Below, in pieces: positions 10,488 through 19,536 of a stretch of DNA of 64,000 bases. The DNA comes from Thermodesulfobacteriota bacterium (GTDB taxonomy: Bacteria; Desulfobacterota_D; UBA1144; Nemesobacterales; UBA2774). Under the pieces are notes generated by a model, which ran no database searches, was not told where the DNA came from, and saw only the letters and a list, made by a program, of their open reading frames with translations. The stretch covers positions 1,248,001-1,312,000 of the forward strand of contig OZ244197.1 of NCBI GenBank assembly GCA_965216785.1, read 5' to 3'. How positions within the stretch are numbered: position 1 is the first letter of the stretch; each line of letters begins with the position of its first letter. The position numbers were made by a program, and so were the translations under genes.

Positions 10488-11255
10488 ATGAAAAGGGATA
10501 AAATGATGTTGTTAGGTATGCCCTTATTAGTTGTTGCATTGCTATATTTAGCCAGCTGTGCGACACCCCCGCCAACAAAAGAGCTAGCAGCTGCAGAATC
10601 GGCAACAGCCGACGCACAAGCAACGTGTGAGCAGTGTAAGCAAAGAGTTTGCGGTGATGATCCTACAAGAGGAGACTATTGTGGAGCCCCATGTGGTGAA
10701 GCTGAGCTTGCGGCAGCGCAAGCAGCCCTAGCAAAGGGTAAAGCTCTTGCTGGTGAATTCTGCAGTGAGCTAGAAGCACGCAGAATGTTAATAGATGCAA
10801 AAGCTAAAGCAGACGAGGCTAAGCTGAAATGTTCAGCACCGCCTCCCCCACCGCCTCCACCGCCGCCTCCACCCGCACCGGATCTAAAAGATATATTCTT
10901 TGATTTTGACAAGTTCAATATCAGACCGGATGCAGCAGCTGTTCTCGAAGAGAACGCTGGAACATTGCAGGCAGATCCTAATCTTACTGTGCTTATCGAA
11001 GGTTATGCAGATATCAGAGGTACACCTGCATACAACCTGAGACTTGCTCAGAAGAGGGCTGATTCCACAAAGGCTTTCTTAGTCCAGATGGGAATCGATC
11101 CTTCAAGGATTTCAACTGCAAGTGGTGGTGAGACAACTCAGTTCGGCGCTGGGACGACTGAAGAAGCCTATCAGCTTAACAGAAGGGCACACTTCATAGT
11201 AACCTCACCTACCGCTAAAGTAGGCGCAAGGCTTATATTTCAGTACGCTAACTAA
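10488..11255 (+). CDS. Second Pal/OmpA-family lipoprotein with Cys-rich N-domain and poly-Pro linker
   Basis: Lipobox LASC, 12-Pro run, IFFDFDK..EGYAD.RGT..YNL.LAQKRA OmpA-C domain. Confidence 0.88.
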   Translation: MKRDKMMLLGMPLLVVALLYLASCATPPPTKELAAAESATADAQATCEQCKQRVCGDDPTRGDYCGAPCGEAELAAAQAALAKGKALAGEFCSELEARRMLIDAKAKADEAKLKCSAPPPPPPPPPPPPAPDLKDIFFDFDKFNIRPDAAAVLEENAGTLQADPNLTVLIEGYADIRGTPAYNLRLAQKRADSTKAFLVQMGIDPSRISTASGGETTQFGAGTTEEAYQLNRRAHFIVTSPTAKVGARLIFQYAN

Positions 11256-11337
11256 ATAGACTTCTTGCCCTATTTGCGTTGGTAGTATAGAAAAGAGAGA
11301 TATCTCATCTATTACGTTTCAGATGAGAATACAAATT

Positions 11338-11377
11338 ATGGAGAGAGACTCCTAGTGGGTCTCTCTCCATTTTTTTT
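11338..11377 (+). terminator. Rho-independent terminator
   Basis: ATGGAGAGAGAC-loop-GTCTCTCTCCAT followed by a T run. Confidence 0.85.
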
Positions 11378-11490
11378 ATATTTTAATCCCTGACTTCTTA
11401 TAATCTTTCCAGTCCCTACTTGACAGCCATGGGTGATCCATGTTTACTACATCTCGTTTTCCTAATTCCTGCAGTGTAATTTATTAAAAA

Positions 11491-12798
11491 TTGAGCAATA
11501 AATCTCAGATGGAATTCAAGCTAACAAAATCGAAGAGGTTGTATAAAGCCGCGGAAAAATTAATGCCGGGCGGTGTGAACAGCCCCGTACGCTCTTTCAA
11601 TGCGGTATCCGGAACCCCGGTATTTATTTCCCGAGCCAAGGGCGCCTATCTGTATGATGAGGACGGCAATAAGTACATAGATTATATGTCTTCATGGGGG
11701 CCGCTCATTCATGGCCATGCAGACCCGGATGTCGTAAGAGCGGTTAAGAGCGCGGCCTCTAGAGGAACTAGCTACGGAGCCCCTTGTACAAATGAGATTT
11801 CCCTTGCAAAGCTTATAACCTCTAGTTTTAAGTCCATAGATAAGATCAGAATGACTAGCTCAGGTACTGAGGCCACAATGAGCGCTGTTCGTTTAGCCCG
11901 GGCTTATACAGATAGAGACTATATAGTAAAATTTGAAGGTTGTTATCACGGCCATGCGGATTTCCTCCTGGTTAAAGCGGGGTCCGGAGCGACTACGTTT
12001 GGCGCGCCCAGCAGCCCGGGAGTGCCCAAGTCCTTTACAGACAAAACTCTTTTAGCCAAATACAACGATTTAAGCTCTGTAGAGAAACTTTACCAAAAAT
12101 ACGGGGACAGGATAGCAGGGGTAATTTTAGAGCCCGTCGCGGGCAACATGGGCGTTGTAACGCCGGCGCCGGGTTTTTTGAAAGGGCTAAGGAAAATTAC
12201 AAAGAAGAGCGGATCGCTTCTTATTTTCGATGAGGTGATTACAGGGTTTAGATTAAGCCCCGGAGGCGCTCAGAGTAAATACGGTGTTACACCCGATCTG
12301 ACGTGTCTGGGTAAAATTATCGGCGGAGGGCTTCCGGTCGGTGCGTTTGGCGGGAACAAAAAAATAATGGATATGGTTGCCCCCGAAGGGCCGGTATATC
12401 AGGCCGGCACTCTTTCCGGTAACCCTCTTGCAATGGCCGCGGGACTGGCATCGCTTACAAAATTAAAACAAAGAGGTAACTACGCTAGACTTAGGGAGCT
12501 TACCGAAACACTACTCTATGGTCTTACGGATGTGATAAAAAGGACAGGCGTAAACGTCTCCGTAAATTCCGTAGAATCTATGTTTACGCTCTTTTTTAAT
12601 GACGCTCCGCCCACCGATTATGAATCAGCTCTTAGGAGTAATACAAAAAAGTACTCGAAATTTTTTGATAATTTGCTCAAGGCTGGTATTATGTTTCCGC
12701 CTTCTCAGTTTGAGGCTGTTTTCTTATCACTCGCCCATACTGAAAAGGATATAAATAAAACGATTGAAGCAGTGTATAAATCACTTAAAACAATCTGA
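11491..12798 (+). CDS. hemL: Glutamate-1-semialdehyde 2,1-aminomutase
   Basis: PGGVNSPVR, SGTEATM, FEGCYHG, FDEVITGFR and GKIIGGGLP motifs. Confidence 0.97.
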   Translation: MSNKSQMEFKLTKSKRLYKAAEKLMPGGVNSPVRSFNAVSGTPVFISRAKGAYLYDEDGNKYIDYMSSWGPLIHGHADPDVVRAVKSAASRGTSYGAPCTNEISLAKLITSSFKSIDKIRMTSSGTEATMSAVRLARAYTDRDYIVKFEGCYHGHADFLLVKAGSGATTFGAPSSPGVPKSFTDKTLLAKYNDLSSVEKLYQKYGDRIAGVILEPVAGNMGVVTPAPGFLKGLRKITKKSGSLLIFDEVITGFRLSPGGAQSKYGVTPDLTCLGKIIGGGLPVGAFGGNKKIMDMVAPEGPVYQAGTLSGNPLAMAAGLASLTKLKQRGNYARLRELTETLLYGLTDVIKRTGVNVSVNSVESMFTLFFNDAPPTDYESALRSNTKKYSKFFDNLLKAGIMFPPSQFEAVFLSLAHTEKDINKTIEAVYKSLKTI

Positions 12799-13028
12799 TT
12801 GAGGTACTCAATTTTAAGAAGCAGCAGAATAAGAATAGATATAAATGGCTCGTATTCATAGCAGTAGGTTTTGAGCTAGGGTTTACGGTAGTAGCCGGTA
12901 TAGTACTCGGGCATTATGTTGATAAGTGGGTTGGGACCGAGACTCCATGGTTTACGATCTTAGGGCTGTTAGTGGGTGCGATTGCTGGATTTAGCTTGCT
13001 ATTAAGGATGATTAAAAAGATTAAATGA
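12798..13028 (+). CDS. AtpZ/AtpI-family small membrane protein (not in ORF track; non-canonical start)
   Basis: Translates as ..YKWLVFIAVGFELGFTVVAGIVLGHYVDKWVGTETPWFTILGLLVGAIAGFSLLLRMIKKIK*; stop overlaps the atpI ATG; only CTG(12795) or ATT(12798) available as N-terminal start. Confidence 0.8.
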   Translation: MEVLNFKKQQNKNRYKWLVFIAVGFELGFTVVAGIVLGHYVDKWVGTETPWFTILGLLVGAIAGFSLLLRMIKKIK

Positions 13029-13411
13029 CGGAAAGTAAAGAGAGTCTGATTACATTACCTCAGATAGGAAGAGTTGAAAAAGCGGGTTTAGTAGTAACCA
13101 TCTTACTTACGGCCGTAAGCTATGTGCTGGGATCAACCGAGCTTGCGTTCGGAGTGCTTGCTGGCGGCGTTCTCTTTACGGCGAATTTCATGGCTATACG
13201 GTTTTTGGTTAACTCCCTTGTTACAAACGCATATCCCACGGGATTCGGCATTTTTATATTCATAATAAAGATGCTCATATTCGTAGGAATAGTGGTAACA
13301 ATATTTTTGTTTGCGGATGTAAATATTTACGGATTTTTTATCGGTGTTACAGGTGTTGTTCTTGTTATCATTGCTGAGAGTTTAAGAGGAGGTAAGGATG
13401 GGTCACTTTAG
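13025..13411 (+). CDS. atpI: ATP synthase subunit I-like membrane protein
   Basis: Four hydrophobic segments, directly upstream of atpB. Confidence 0.75.
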   Translation: MTESKESLITLPQIGRVEKAGLVVTILLTAVSYVLGSTELAFGVLAGGVLFTANFMAIRFLVNSLVTNAYPTGFGIFIFIIKMLIFVGIVVTIFLFADVNIYGFFIGVTGVVLVIIAESLRGGKDGSL

Positions 13412-14096
13412 CTGGTTTAATTTAGTGGGGCTAGAAAAATACGATTACATTCTGGGTTCGATCATTGTTATCATACTGCTTGCTTTAGCGGGTCTTAAGA
13501 TTAAGAGCGCTCTTTCAAAGGATGATTCGGTTCTACCAGATGAAAAGTTTTCCATAAAAACTATATTTGAAATACTCACTTTAGATTTTCTCTTCGATCT
13601 CTTAACGAACGTGCTGGGCTCAAGAGAAAACGCTAAAAAGTACTTCCCGCTCCTGGCAGGTTCTTTCTTCTTTATAATGTTCGCCAATTTGCTCGGAATA
13701 GTGCCCGGATTTTTGCCGCCGACCGGCAATTTCAATACTCCAGTCGCGTGCGCACTTGTTATATTTGTCATGTACAACTACTATGGGTTTAAGGAAAACG
13801 GCATGAGTTATCTAAAGCACTTTGCGGGTCCTGTGCTTTTTCTTGCCCCCCTCATGTTCATAATCGAGCTTGTGAGTCATTTTGTGAGGCCTGTATCGCT
13901 TTCCCTAAGGCTCTTTATGAATATCTCGGGAGACCACTTGGTGCTTGGAGTGTTCACAAACCTGGTGCATTATGTCATACCGGCAATATTTGTCGGACTT
14001 GGTATTTTCGTTTCACTTCTTCAGGCTTTCATCTTTACCATTCTCTCGACTATCTACATTACTCTTGCTACGGCACACGATACAGAGATTGAATAA
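13398..14096 (+). CDS. atpB: F0F1 ATP synthase subunit a
   Basis: NLLGIVPG, RPVSLSLRLF.N and LQAFIF motifs. Confidence 0.95.
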   Translation: MGHFSWFNLVGLEKYDYILGSIIVIILLALAGLKIKSALSKDDSVLPDEKFSIKTIFEILTLDFLFDLLTNVLGSRENAKKYFPLLAGSFFFIMFANLLGIVPGFLPPTGNFNTPVACALVIFVMYNYYGFKENGMSYLKHFAGPVLFLAPLMFIIELVSHFVRPVSLSLRLFMNISGDHLVLGVFTNLVHYVIPAIFVGLGIFVSLLQAFIFTILSTIYITLATAHDTEIE

Positions 14097-14155
14097 CAGA
14101 AAAATGAAAAGTTTAAAAAAACGACAACGAACTCAATTTATAAGGAGGCACACAG

Positions 14156-14482
14156 ATGTATAAGGCTATTTCGTTACTTTCGATATTTGGAGTGGCTGTA
14201 CTTACCGCTTTTGTCCCGAATGTTGCTATGGCTGCTGAAGGAGGCGGGGGTGATCTTACGAAGCTCGGTCTTGCGTTAGGCGCAGGCATAGGGATCGGTA
14301 TTGCGGCAGGTATCGCAGGTTACGGTCAGGGTATCGCGACCGCAGCTGCATTGACCGGTATTGCAAGGAACCCAAGTGCAAGCTCAAAAATTCTTACTCC
14401 GATGATTATCGGACTTGCTCTTATCGAATCTCTCGTAATATACGCTCTTTTGATAGCATTTTTGCTACAGGGAAAAATTTAA
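14156..14482 (+). CDS. atpE: F0F1 ATP synthase subunit c (with N-terminal extension)
   Basis: Gly-rich helix, ARNP loop, LALIESLVIY carboxylate motif. Confidence 0.95.
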   Translation: MYKAISLLSIFGVAVLTAFVPNVAMAAEGGGGDLTKLGLALGAGIGIGIAAGIAGYGQGIATAAALTGIARNPSASSKILTPMIIGLALIESLVIYALLIAFLLQGKI

Positions 14483-14493
14483 CCTTAAAGTCC

Positions 14494-14530
14494 GTGAGGG
14501 AGCTTTACTAAAGCTCCCTCACTTAGCTTT
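14494..14530 (+). terminator. Terminator hairpin after atpE
   Basis: GTGAGGGAGCTTT-ACT-AAAGCTCCCTCAC 13-bp stem. Confidence 0.75.
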
Positions 14531-14589
14531 GGGCTAATTCTAATTACGTAGACTTTTGATAAAAAATAGAATATGATATTTCTTCAGTT

Positions 14590-15057
14590 ATGAGGAAACC
14601 CTTCTTCTTTTATGTCCTTACGCTTATGCTCGTACTTGGCTGTGGAACAGCTAAGGATCTTATGCAACAGGACGATAGGGAGTCATTTCAGTATTCATCC
14701 GACCGGTATTACAAACTTATCCAGTGGAAGTACTATGAGAAGGCTGCGCAGTTTGTGGACCCGGAGAGCGCCAGGGAATATGAGAGCTTCGTATTCAGGA
14801 ACCAGAAAGACCTGAATATTACAGCTTATCAAATTAAGGACGTTACATTCATAGATCCCGGAGTTTTAGATGAGAGTGAGGGCGCGTCTAAAAGTAATAA
14901 TGACGGTAATACTGACAGGGCTACGATTAGAGTTTATTTTACATACTTTAAATACCCTTCAGTAGTTGAAGAAAGCGTGATGGTGGAAGATACCTGGATT
15001 AAGATCGGGAAGCTTTGGTATGTTTCATCAGACTATCCTGAAGGAACTTTTAAGTAA
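14590..15057 (+). CDS. Hypothetical lipoprotein
   Basis: Lipobox VLGC; 155 aa. Confidence 0.7.
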   Translation: MRKPFFFYVLTLMLVLGCGTAKDLMQQDDRESFQYSSDRYYKLIQWKYYEKAAQFVDPESAREYESFVFRNQKDLNITAYQIKDVTFIDPGVLDESEGASKSNNDGNTDRATIRVYFTYFKYPSVVEESVMVEDTWIKIGKLWYVSSDYPEGTFK

Positions 15058-15098
15058 GTCCCTATTCTTCTTAAGAATAAAGACATTGCTAGCGGCCC

Positions 15099-16454
15099 CT
15101 AGAGAGGGTATTTACTGCTGACGAGCTCAAGGGCCTCTTCATGGCTTGCGATTTCTCCTTCGAGCTGGGCTTCCTCTACAGCGTTGAGTATCTCGCTAAA
15201 TAGCGGTCCCGGTTTATAACCCATATCTATTAGCTCCTGACCCCCGATAAGAGGCTTTGGCTTAATCTCCTCTTCTCCAAGCTCTTCTAGCTTCTCCACA
15301 ACAAAGTCATAGGCATCTCTCATGCCGTGGCTTGCCTGGCAGTCCGCAAGGTGAAGCGCAAGATGAAGGTCAAAATCTTCCATTCCGATAAAACGCTTTA
15401 ACGTGCTCTTTCGCATTTTGAACACGTCTTTAAATTTTAAGTGCTCTCTTATAAGCTCATAAATCGTGTCTGACTGCTTGTTCGACAGCTTTAATTTTCT
15501 ACAGATAGATCTGGACATTTCAGCTCCCACCCTGTCGTGGGCGTTAAACCGTATCCTGTCGGATACGCTGTAAGTTGGGGGCTTGCCGACGTCGTGAAGA
15601 AGAGCCCCTAGCGCAAGCTCGGGCGGTACCTCTCCTTGTGCGTTCTCGTATAGTTTGTCGAGTACAAGGCAGGTATGGACAAATACGTCCCCTTCGGGGT
15701 GAAACTCTGGTGGCTGCTCAACCCCGCGCATTTTTTCTATTTCGGGCAGTATCATGTTTAACAGCCCGGTTTCGCTAAGAAGCATGAGTCCTGTGCCTGG
15801 ATTTTCCTGGCTTATTATCTTAATAAGCTCATCACGCACTCTCTCTGATGAGACTTGGTAAATCTCTGGTGCAAGCTCGAGTATTGCCTCGTAAGTTTTT
15901 TTCTCTATCTCGAAGCCGTACCTGGAGCAAAACCTGACGGCGCGCATCATTCTGAGCTTATCTTCTGTAAACCTCTTAACGGGCTCCCCGATGGCCTTTA
16001 TGATGCCTGCGTCTATGTCGTCCAGCCCGCCGGTGTAGTCGATTACCTCTTCTTTAATCGGATCATACAGCATTCCGTTAATGGTGAAGTCCCTTCGTAG
16101 TACGTCTTCTTCTACGTCCCCGCTGTACGTTACGCTGTCCGGGTGTCTTCCGTCCGAATAGCTTTCGTCTTTTCTAAAAGTGGCGACCTCGAAAGTGAAC
16201 TCGTCTTTCAATACGAGCATGACCCCGAAGCTTGCTCCAATAGGGACAGTGTGGGAAAAAATCTCGGTAACCTGCTCCGGGGTTGCGCTGGTAGTAATAT
16301 CATACTCCCAGGGAGACTTCCCCATGACCATATCCCTCGCGCAGCCCCCGACGCAATACGCGCTGTAACCCTTATTATTAAGAGTTGTAACAACCTGTTT
16401 TGCGACCCGGTAAAGCTCACTCTCCCGAGGCTCTAATTTTATTACTCTCTTCAT
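15099..16454 (-). CDS. cca: CCA tRNA nucleotidyltransferase with HD domain
   Basis: VGGCARD, RRDFTING, EDKLRMMRAVRF, HPEGDVFVHT and LLHDVGKP motifs. Confidence 0.9.
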   Translation of the reverse strand: MKRVIKLEPRESELYRVAKQVVTTLNNKGYSAYCVGGCARDMVMGKSPWEYDITTSATPEQVTEIFSHTVPIGASFGVMLVLKDEFTFEVATFRKDESYSDGRHPDSVTYSGDVEEDVLRRDFTINGMLYDPIKEEVIDYTGGLDDIDAGIIKAIGEPVKRFTEDKLRMMRAVRFCSRYGFEIEKKTYEAILELAPEIYQVSSERVRDELIKIISQENPGTGLMLLSETGLLNMILPEIEKMRGVEQPPEFHPEGDVFVHTCLVLDKLYENAQGEVPPELALGALLHDVGKPPTYSVSDRIRFNAHDRVGAEMSRSICRKLKLSNKQSDTIYELIREHLKFKDVFKMRKSTLKRFIGMEDFDLHLALHLADCQASHGMRDAYDFVVEKLEELGEEEIKPKPLIGGQELIDMGYKPGPLFSEILNAVEEAQLEGEIASHEEALELVSSKYPL

Positions 16455-16536
16455 AGTTCCCTATTTCGGATTTTATAGTATATTTTACACGCTGTCCGAG
16501 ACTCGGATAGCTAAATAACTCTAACAGGAAACTAAT

Positions 16537-17553
16537 GTGAGCGAAAATACAATTCCCGGGCTTATGGAAAAACGGGTTAAAGACCATGGTACACGGCTCT
16601 TGTTTCAGCGAAGAGACGGCTGGAGCTGGAAGCAGATCACATGGCTCGATTTTGACAGGGAAGTTAAGAATATTGCGTCTTTTCTTATGGATTTAGGCTT
16701 TGGCGAAGGAGACAGAGCTCTATTGGTATCGGCCAATACTCTTGAGGCGATTTCAACAGAGATTGCGGTGTATCATCTCGGCGGCGCTGTTGTATCGCTT
16801 TCCCGAGACTCTGATGAGGACAAAATTAAAGAAACTGCAAGGGAGCTAGACGTTAAGTTCGTATTCATCGAGAACCCTGAGCTGCTCGATACTGCTACAG
16901 CAATACAGGACGATCTTCCGGGCGTACTAAGAACCGCATTCTTTAAGGACGTTAAAACAAAAAATGAAAAGGTGTTAAATTTCAGGAGTATTCTCAAATT
17001 CGGGCTAATGAAGAGAAAGAAACTTCAGGACGAGCTCAAAAAGGTGTCGGATGAACTTGAAGCCGATACGCCTGCCGCCATATTTTTAGCTCCCGGGAAA
17101 AGCGGGTTCAAAACAACTGAAATCACTCAAGGCGATATAATGAGCGCTCTCAAGCTCATATCGTCTAAGACTAACGGGATAGGGGACGAGGACCAGTCTT
17201 TTTCCTACATAGCCTCATCCAGTCCCTACTCAAAGATCATAAGCTATTTAAATTTTTACAATAACACCCGCGCCGCAACGGCTGAGAGCAGAGAAGAATT
17301 CTACAAGGATATTCCTGAGGTCATGCCAACTGTTTTATATGAAACACGGGAGGGCCTTTCAGCGTTATACGACCAATCACAAACGAGCCTGAGCGGTCTT
17401 ACGCCTGAAAAGAAGCTTAAGAAAGACCTGGGGGGAAGGGTGAAATATATTTTCGTAGACGCGCTTCCTGAATCTCAAATCGAGAGCGTTTTCAGGAGTG
17501 TAGGGGCTACTTTTAGCCTCGTTCCCGAGCTCTGCGCTACGAATTCCGAATAG
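16537..17553 (+). CDS. AMP-binding (long-chain acyl-CoA synthetase-like) protein, short and degenerate
   Basis: N-terminus WKQITW.DF..EV..IA..L..LG..GDR is FadD-like; P-loop degenerate and C-terminal domain absent. Confidence 0.7.
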   Translation: MSENTIPGLMEKRVKDHGTRLLFQRRDGWSWKQITWLDFDREVKNIASFLMDLGFGEGDRALLVSANTLEAISTEIAVYHLGGAVVSLSRDSDEDKIKETARELDVKFVFIENPELLDTATAIQDDLPGVLRTAFFKDVKTKNEKVLNFRSILKFGLMKRKKLQDELKKVSDELEADTPAAIFLAPGKSGFKTTEITQGDIMSALKLISSKTNGIGDEDQSFSYIASSSPYSKIISYLNFYNNTRAATAESREEFYKDIPEVMPTVLYETREGLSALYDQSQTSLSGLTPEKKLKKDLGGRVKYIFVDALPESQIESVFRSVGATFSLVPELCATNSE

Positions 17554-17578
17554 GCCGCGTGCAGGGCCCGAAGTATCC

Positions 17579-18748
17579 CTATTCCTCGGTCTCATCGACA
17601 GAGCACTTGGCTTTGCCTTTGGCAAAATTTATAAGTACTTGGTCTCCGCTTTTTAGCTTGCCCGCGTCCGTAACGGTTTTCATGGAGGGGAGCTTGTATG
17701 TGATGCTGTAGCCGCGCTCCATGACCTTGAGCGGGCTCAGGGCGTCTAGCTTTCCCGTGAGGGCGCTGAATTCAAGCTTGGCGTTATCGAGTTTGTTTGT
17801 AAAAATGTAAGTAAACTCTGACTGCATTTGATCCACTTCTCTGGACACTGCCTCTATAGTGTTTTTAAGGGTGCGTCCGAGCCTGCCTTTTAAGTACAAA
17901 AGCTCCTGGGTGAGCTCTGTTTTTTCTCTTACCGCAAGCTCAGCGGCCATGGAGGGTGTAGCGGCGCGCAGGTCTGCTGCAAGGTCAGAGAGGGTGAAGT
18001 CTATCTCGTGCCCTACCGCGGAAATCAGCGGTACAGGCGATTTTACAATCTCTCTTACCACCGCTTCATCGTTGAATGAAAATAAATCCTCCGCAGAGCC
18101 GCCACCTCTGGCTAGTATGACAAGATCTATTCCCTTAATACGGTAAATCTTTTTAAGAGCGCTTACTATATCGGCAGGGGCCTCATCGCCCTGAACCCTG
18201 GCGGGAGATACTATGATTTCAAGGTTCGGGAACCTTCTGTCCAGAACTTTCAATATATCCTTCACGGCAGCCCCGGTAGGTGAGGTCACGATTCCTATCT
18301 TATGCGGCAAATACGGCAGGGGACGTTTTCTCTCTTCATCAAAAAGCCCTTCTTTAAAAAGCTTCTCACGAAGCTTCTCCAGGGCAAGCGCTTGGGCTCC
18401 TACGCCCTTTGGCTCCATGTGCTTGATATTGACCTGGTATACGCCTTGCTTCTCGTACACACCGATTTGCCCGGCGCATATGACCTCCATACCGTCCTCA
18501 GGCACAAATTTTATGCCCTGGTTGGCCCACTTGAAGCATACGGCTGAAATCTGAGCGTTCTCGTCTTTAAGTGAGAAATACCAATGGCCGCTTGCGTAAT
18601 TCCCTCTAAAATTGCTTACTTCTCCTGTGAGCCAGACGTACTCATACCCAAACTCCTCTTCGATTGCATCCTTTAGCTTTAGTGTGATCTGAGATACGGT
18701 ATAAATGCGCTCTTTTAAGAGATCACTGAATGAAGGCGTGTCTTCCAT
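17579..18748 (-). CDS. xseA: Exodeoxyribonuclease VII large subunit
   Basis: GEVSNF..SGHWYFSLKD, IGIVTSPTGAA, RGGGS.EDL and GHEIDFT..D..AD.RA.TP motifs. Confidence 0.95.
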   Translation of the reverse strand: MEDTPSFSDLLKERIYTVSQITLKLKDAIEEEFGYEYVWLTGEVSNFRGNYASGHWYFSLKDENAQISAVCFKWANQGIKFVPEDGMEVICAGQIGVYEKQGVYQVNIKHMEPKGVGAQALALEKLREKLFKEGLFDEERKRPLPYLPHKIGIVTSPTGAAVKDILKVLDRRFPNLEIIVSPARVQGDEAPADIVSALKKIYRIKGIDLVILARGGGSAEDLFSFNDEAVVREIVKSPVPLISAVGHEIDFTLSDLAADLRAATPSMAAELAVREKTELTQELLYLKGRLGRTLKNTIEAVSREVDQMQSEFTYIFTNKLDNAKLEFSALTGKLDALSPLKVMERGYSITYKLPSMKTVTDAGKLKSGDQVLINFAKGKAKCSVDETEE

Positions 18749-18811
18749 TACCGAAAGTATTTTTGATGGGGCTTAAATAGTCAAGACGCGATGAGTAGAT
18801 TCGAGTTGTGT

Positions 18812-19321
18812 CTAACTGCCCGGTTCCTTAAAAAGCTCCGGATACTGCTCGTCGATCATTGCCATAAGCTCTTCGTCGAGCCTGCAGCCTGAAAGGGTCA
18901 TTACCTCTGAGAGCTGCTCTATATCGAGCCTGGTGCACCCGCGTAGGTCTGAGTTCCTGAGCTCTGCTTTCCACAGGTTCACAAGCTTCAGATTGGCTCC
19001 TTTTAAGTTTGTGTTTATAAATACAGCTTTTTTTAAATGGGCCCCTTCGAGGTCGGCCCCTTCCATGTTCACGTTCTCTAAATTGGTTTCTTCAAGGTTT
19101 GTTCCGTAGAGCGTAGCGTTTTGAAAATCAGCTCCTTGGAGGTCCTCCCCCTTACAAAACGCAAGCTTCATGTTTGCGTCCTTGAGGTTTATACCCCTCA
19201 TGTCGGTCCCTATAAGGTTAGCCCACGATAGATCGGGTTTAATCTGAGGATTGTCCTCTCTCCACTTATTCCAGGATTCAGCTCCCGATTTTAATATCTT
19301 TTCGTGTTCCCTGTTTGCCAT
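18812..19321 (-). CDS. Pentapeptide-repeat protein
   Basis: WNKWR..NP...DLS.ANL followed by A(D/N)LxG repeats. Confidence 0.9.
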   Translation of the reverse strand: MANREHEKILKSGAESWNKWREDNPQIKPDLSWANLIGTDMRGINLKDANMKLAFCKGEDLQGADFQNATLYGTNLEETNLENVNMEGADLEGAHLKKAVFINTNLKGANLKLVNLWKAELRNSDLRGCTRLDIEQLSEVMTLSGCRLDEELMAMIDEQYPELFKEPGS

Positions 19322-19350
19322 GTTCTCTCGGTAAATTTAGAAAGTATGAT

Positions 19351-19533
19351 TTATTCTCCGAATACTTTTATAGCCGAATACAATATGTACGCGGCCATGA
19401 TAATTAAAATCACCCGGGTGAGTAGCCCTTTAAGACCGCCTATCTTTATGCCTATCGGCTCACCGCAATTGGGGCACGTATCGGTCTTAATGCTTATCTC
19501 GTATCCGCACTCGTTGCATTTTGAGGTTTTCAT
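19351..19533 (-). CDS. Zinc-ribbon membrane protein
   Basis: CNECG..CPNCG plus a C-terminal TM helix. Confidence 0.75.
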   Translation of the reverse strand: MKTSKCNECGYEISIKTDTCPNCGEPIGIKIGGLKGLLTRVILIIMAAYILYSAIKVFGE

Positions 19534-19536
19534 AAC

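Noticed and set aside
10488-11255. Cytochrome c in the Cys-rich Pal paralog
   Set aside because: CEQCK lacks the His of CxxCH.
14156-14482. Na+-translocating c-ring
   Set aside because: Q, ES and Y are present, but the Thr of the ES(T) Na+ signature is Leu, so ion specificity cannot be called.
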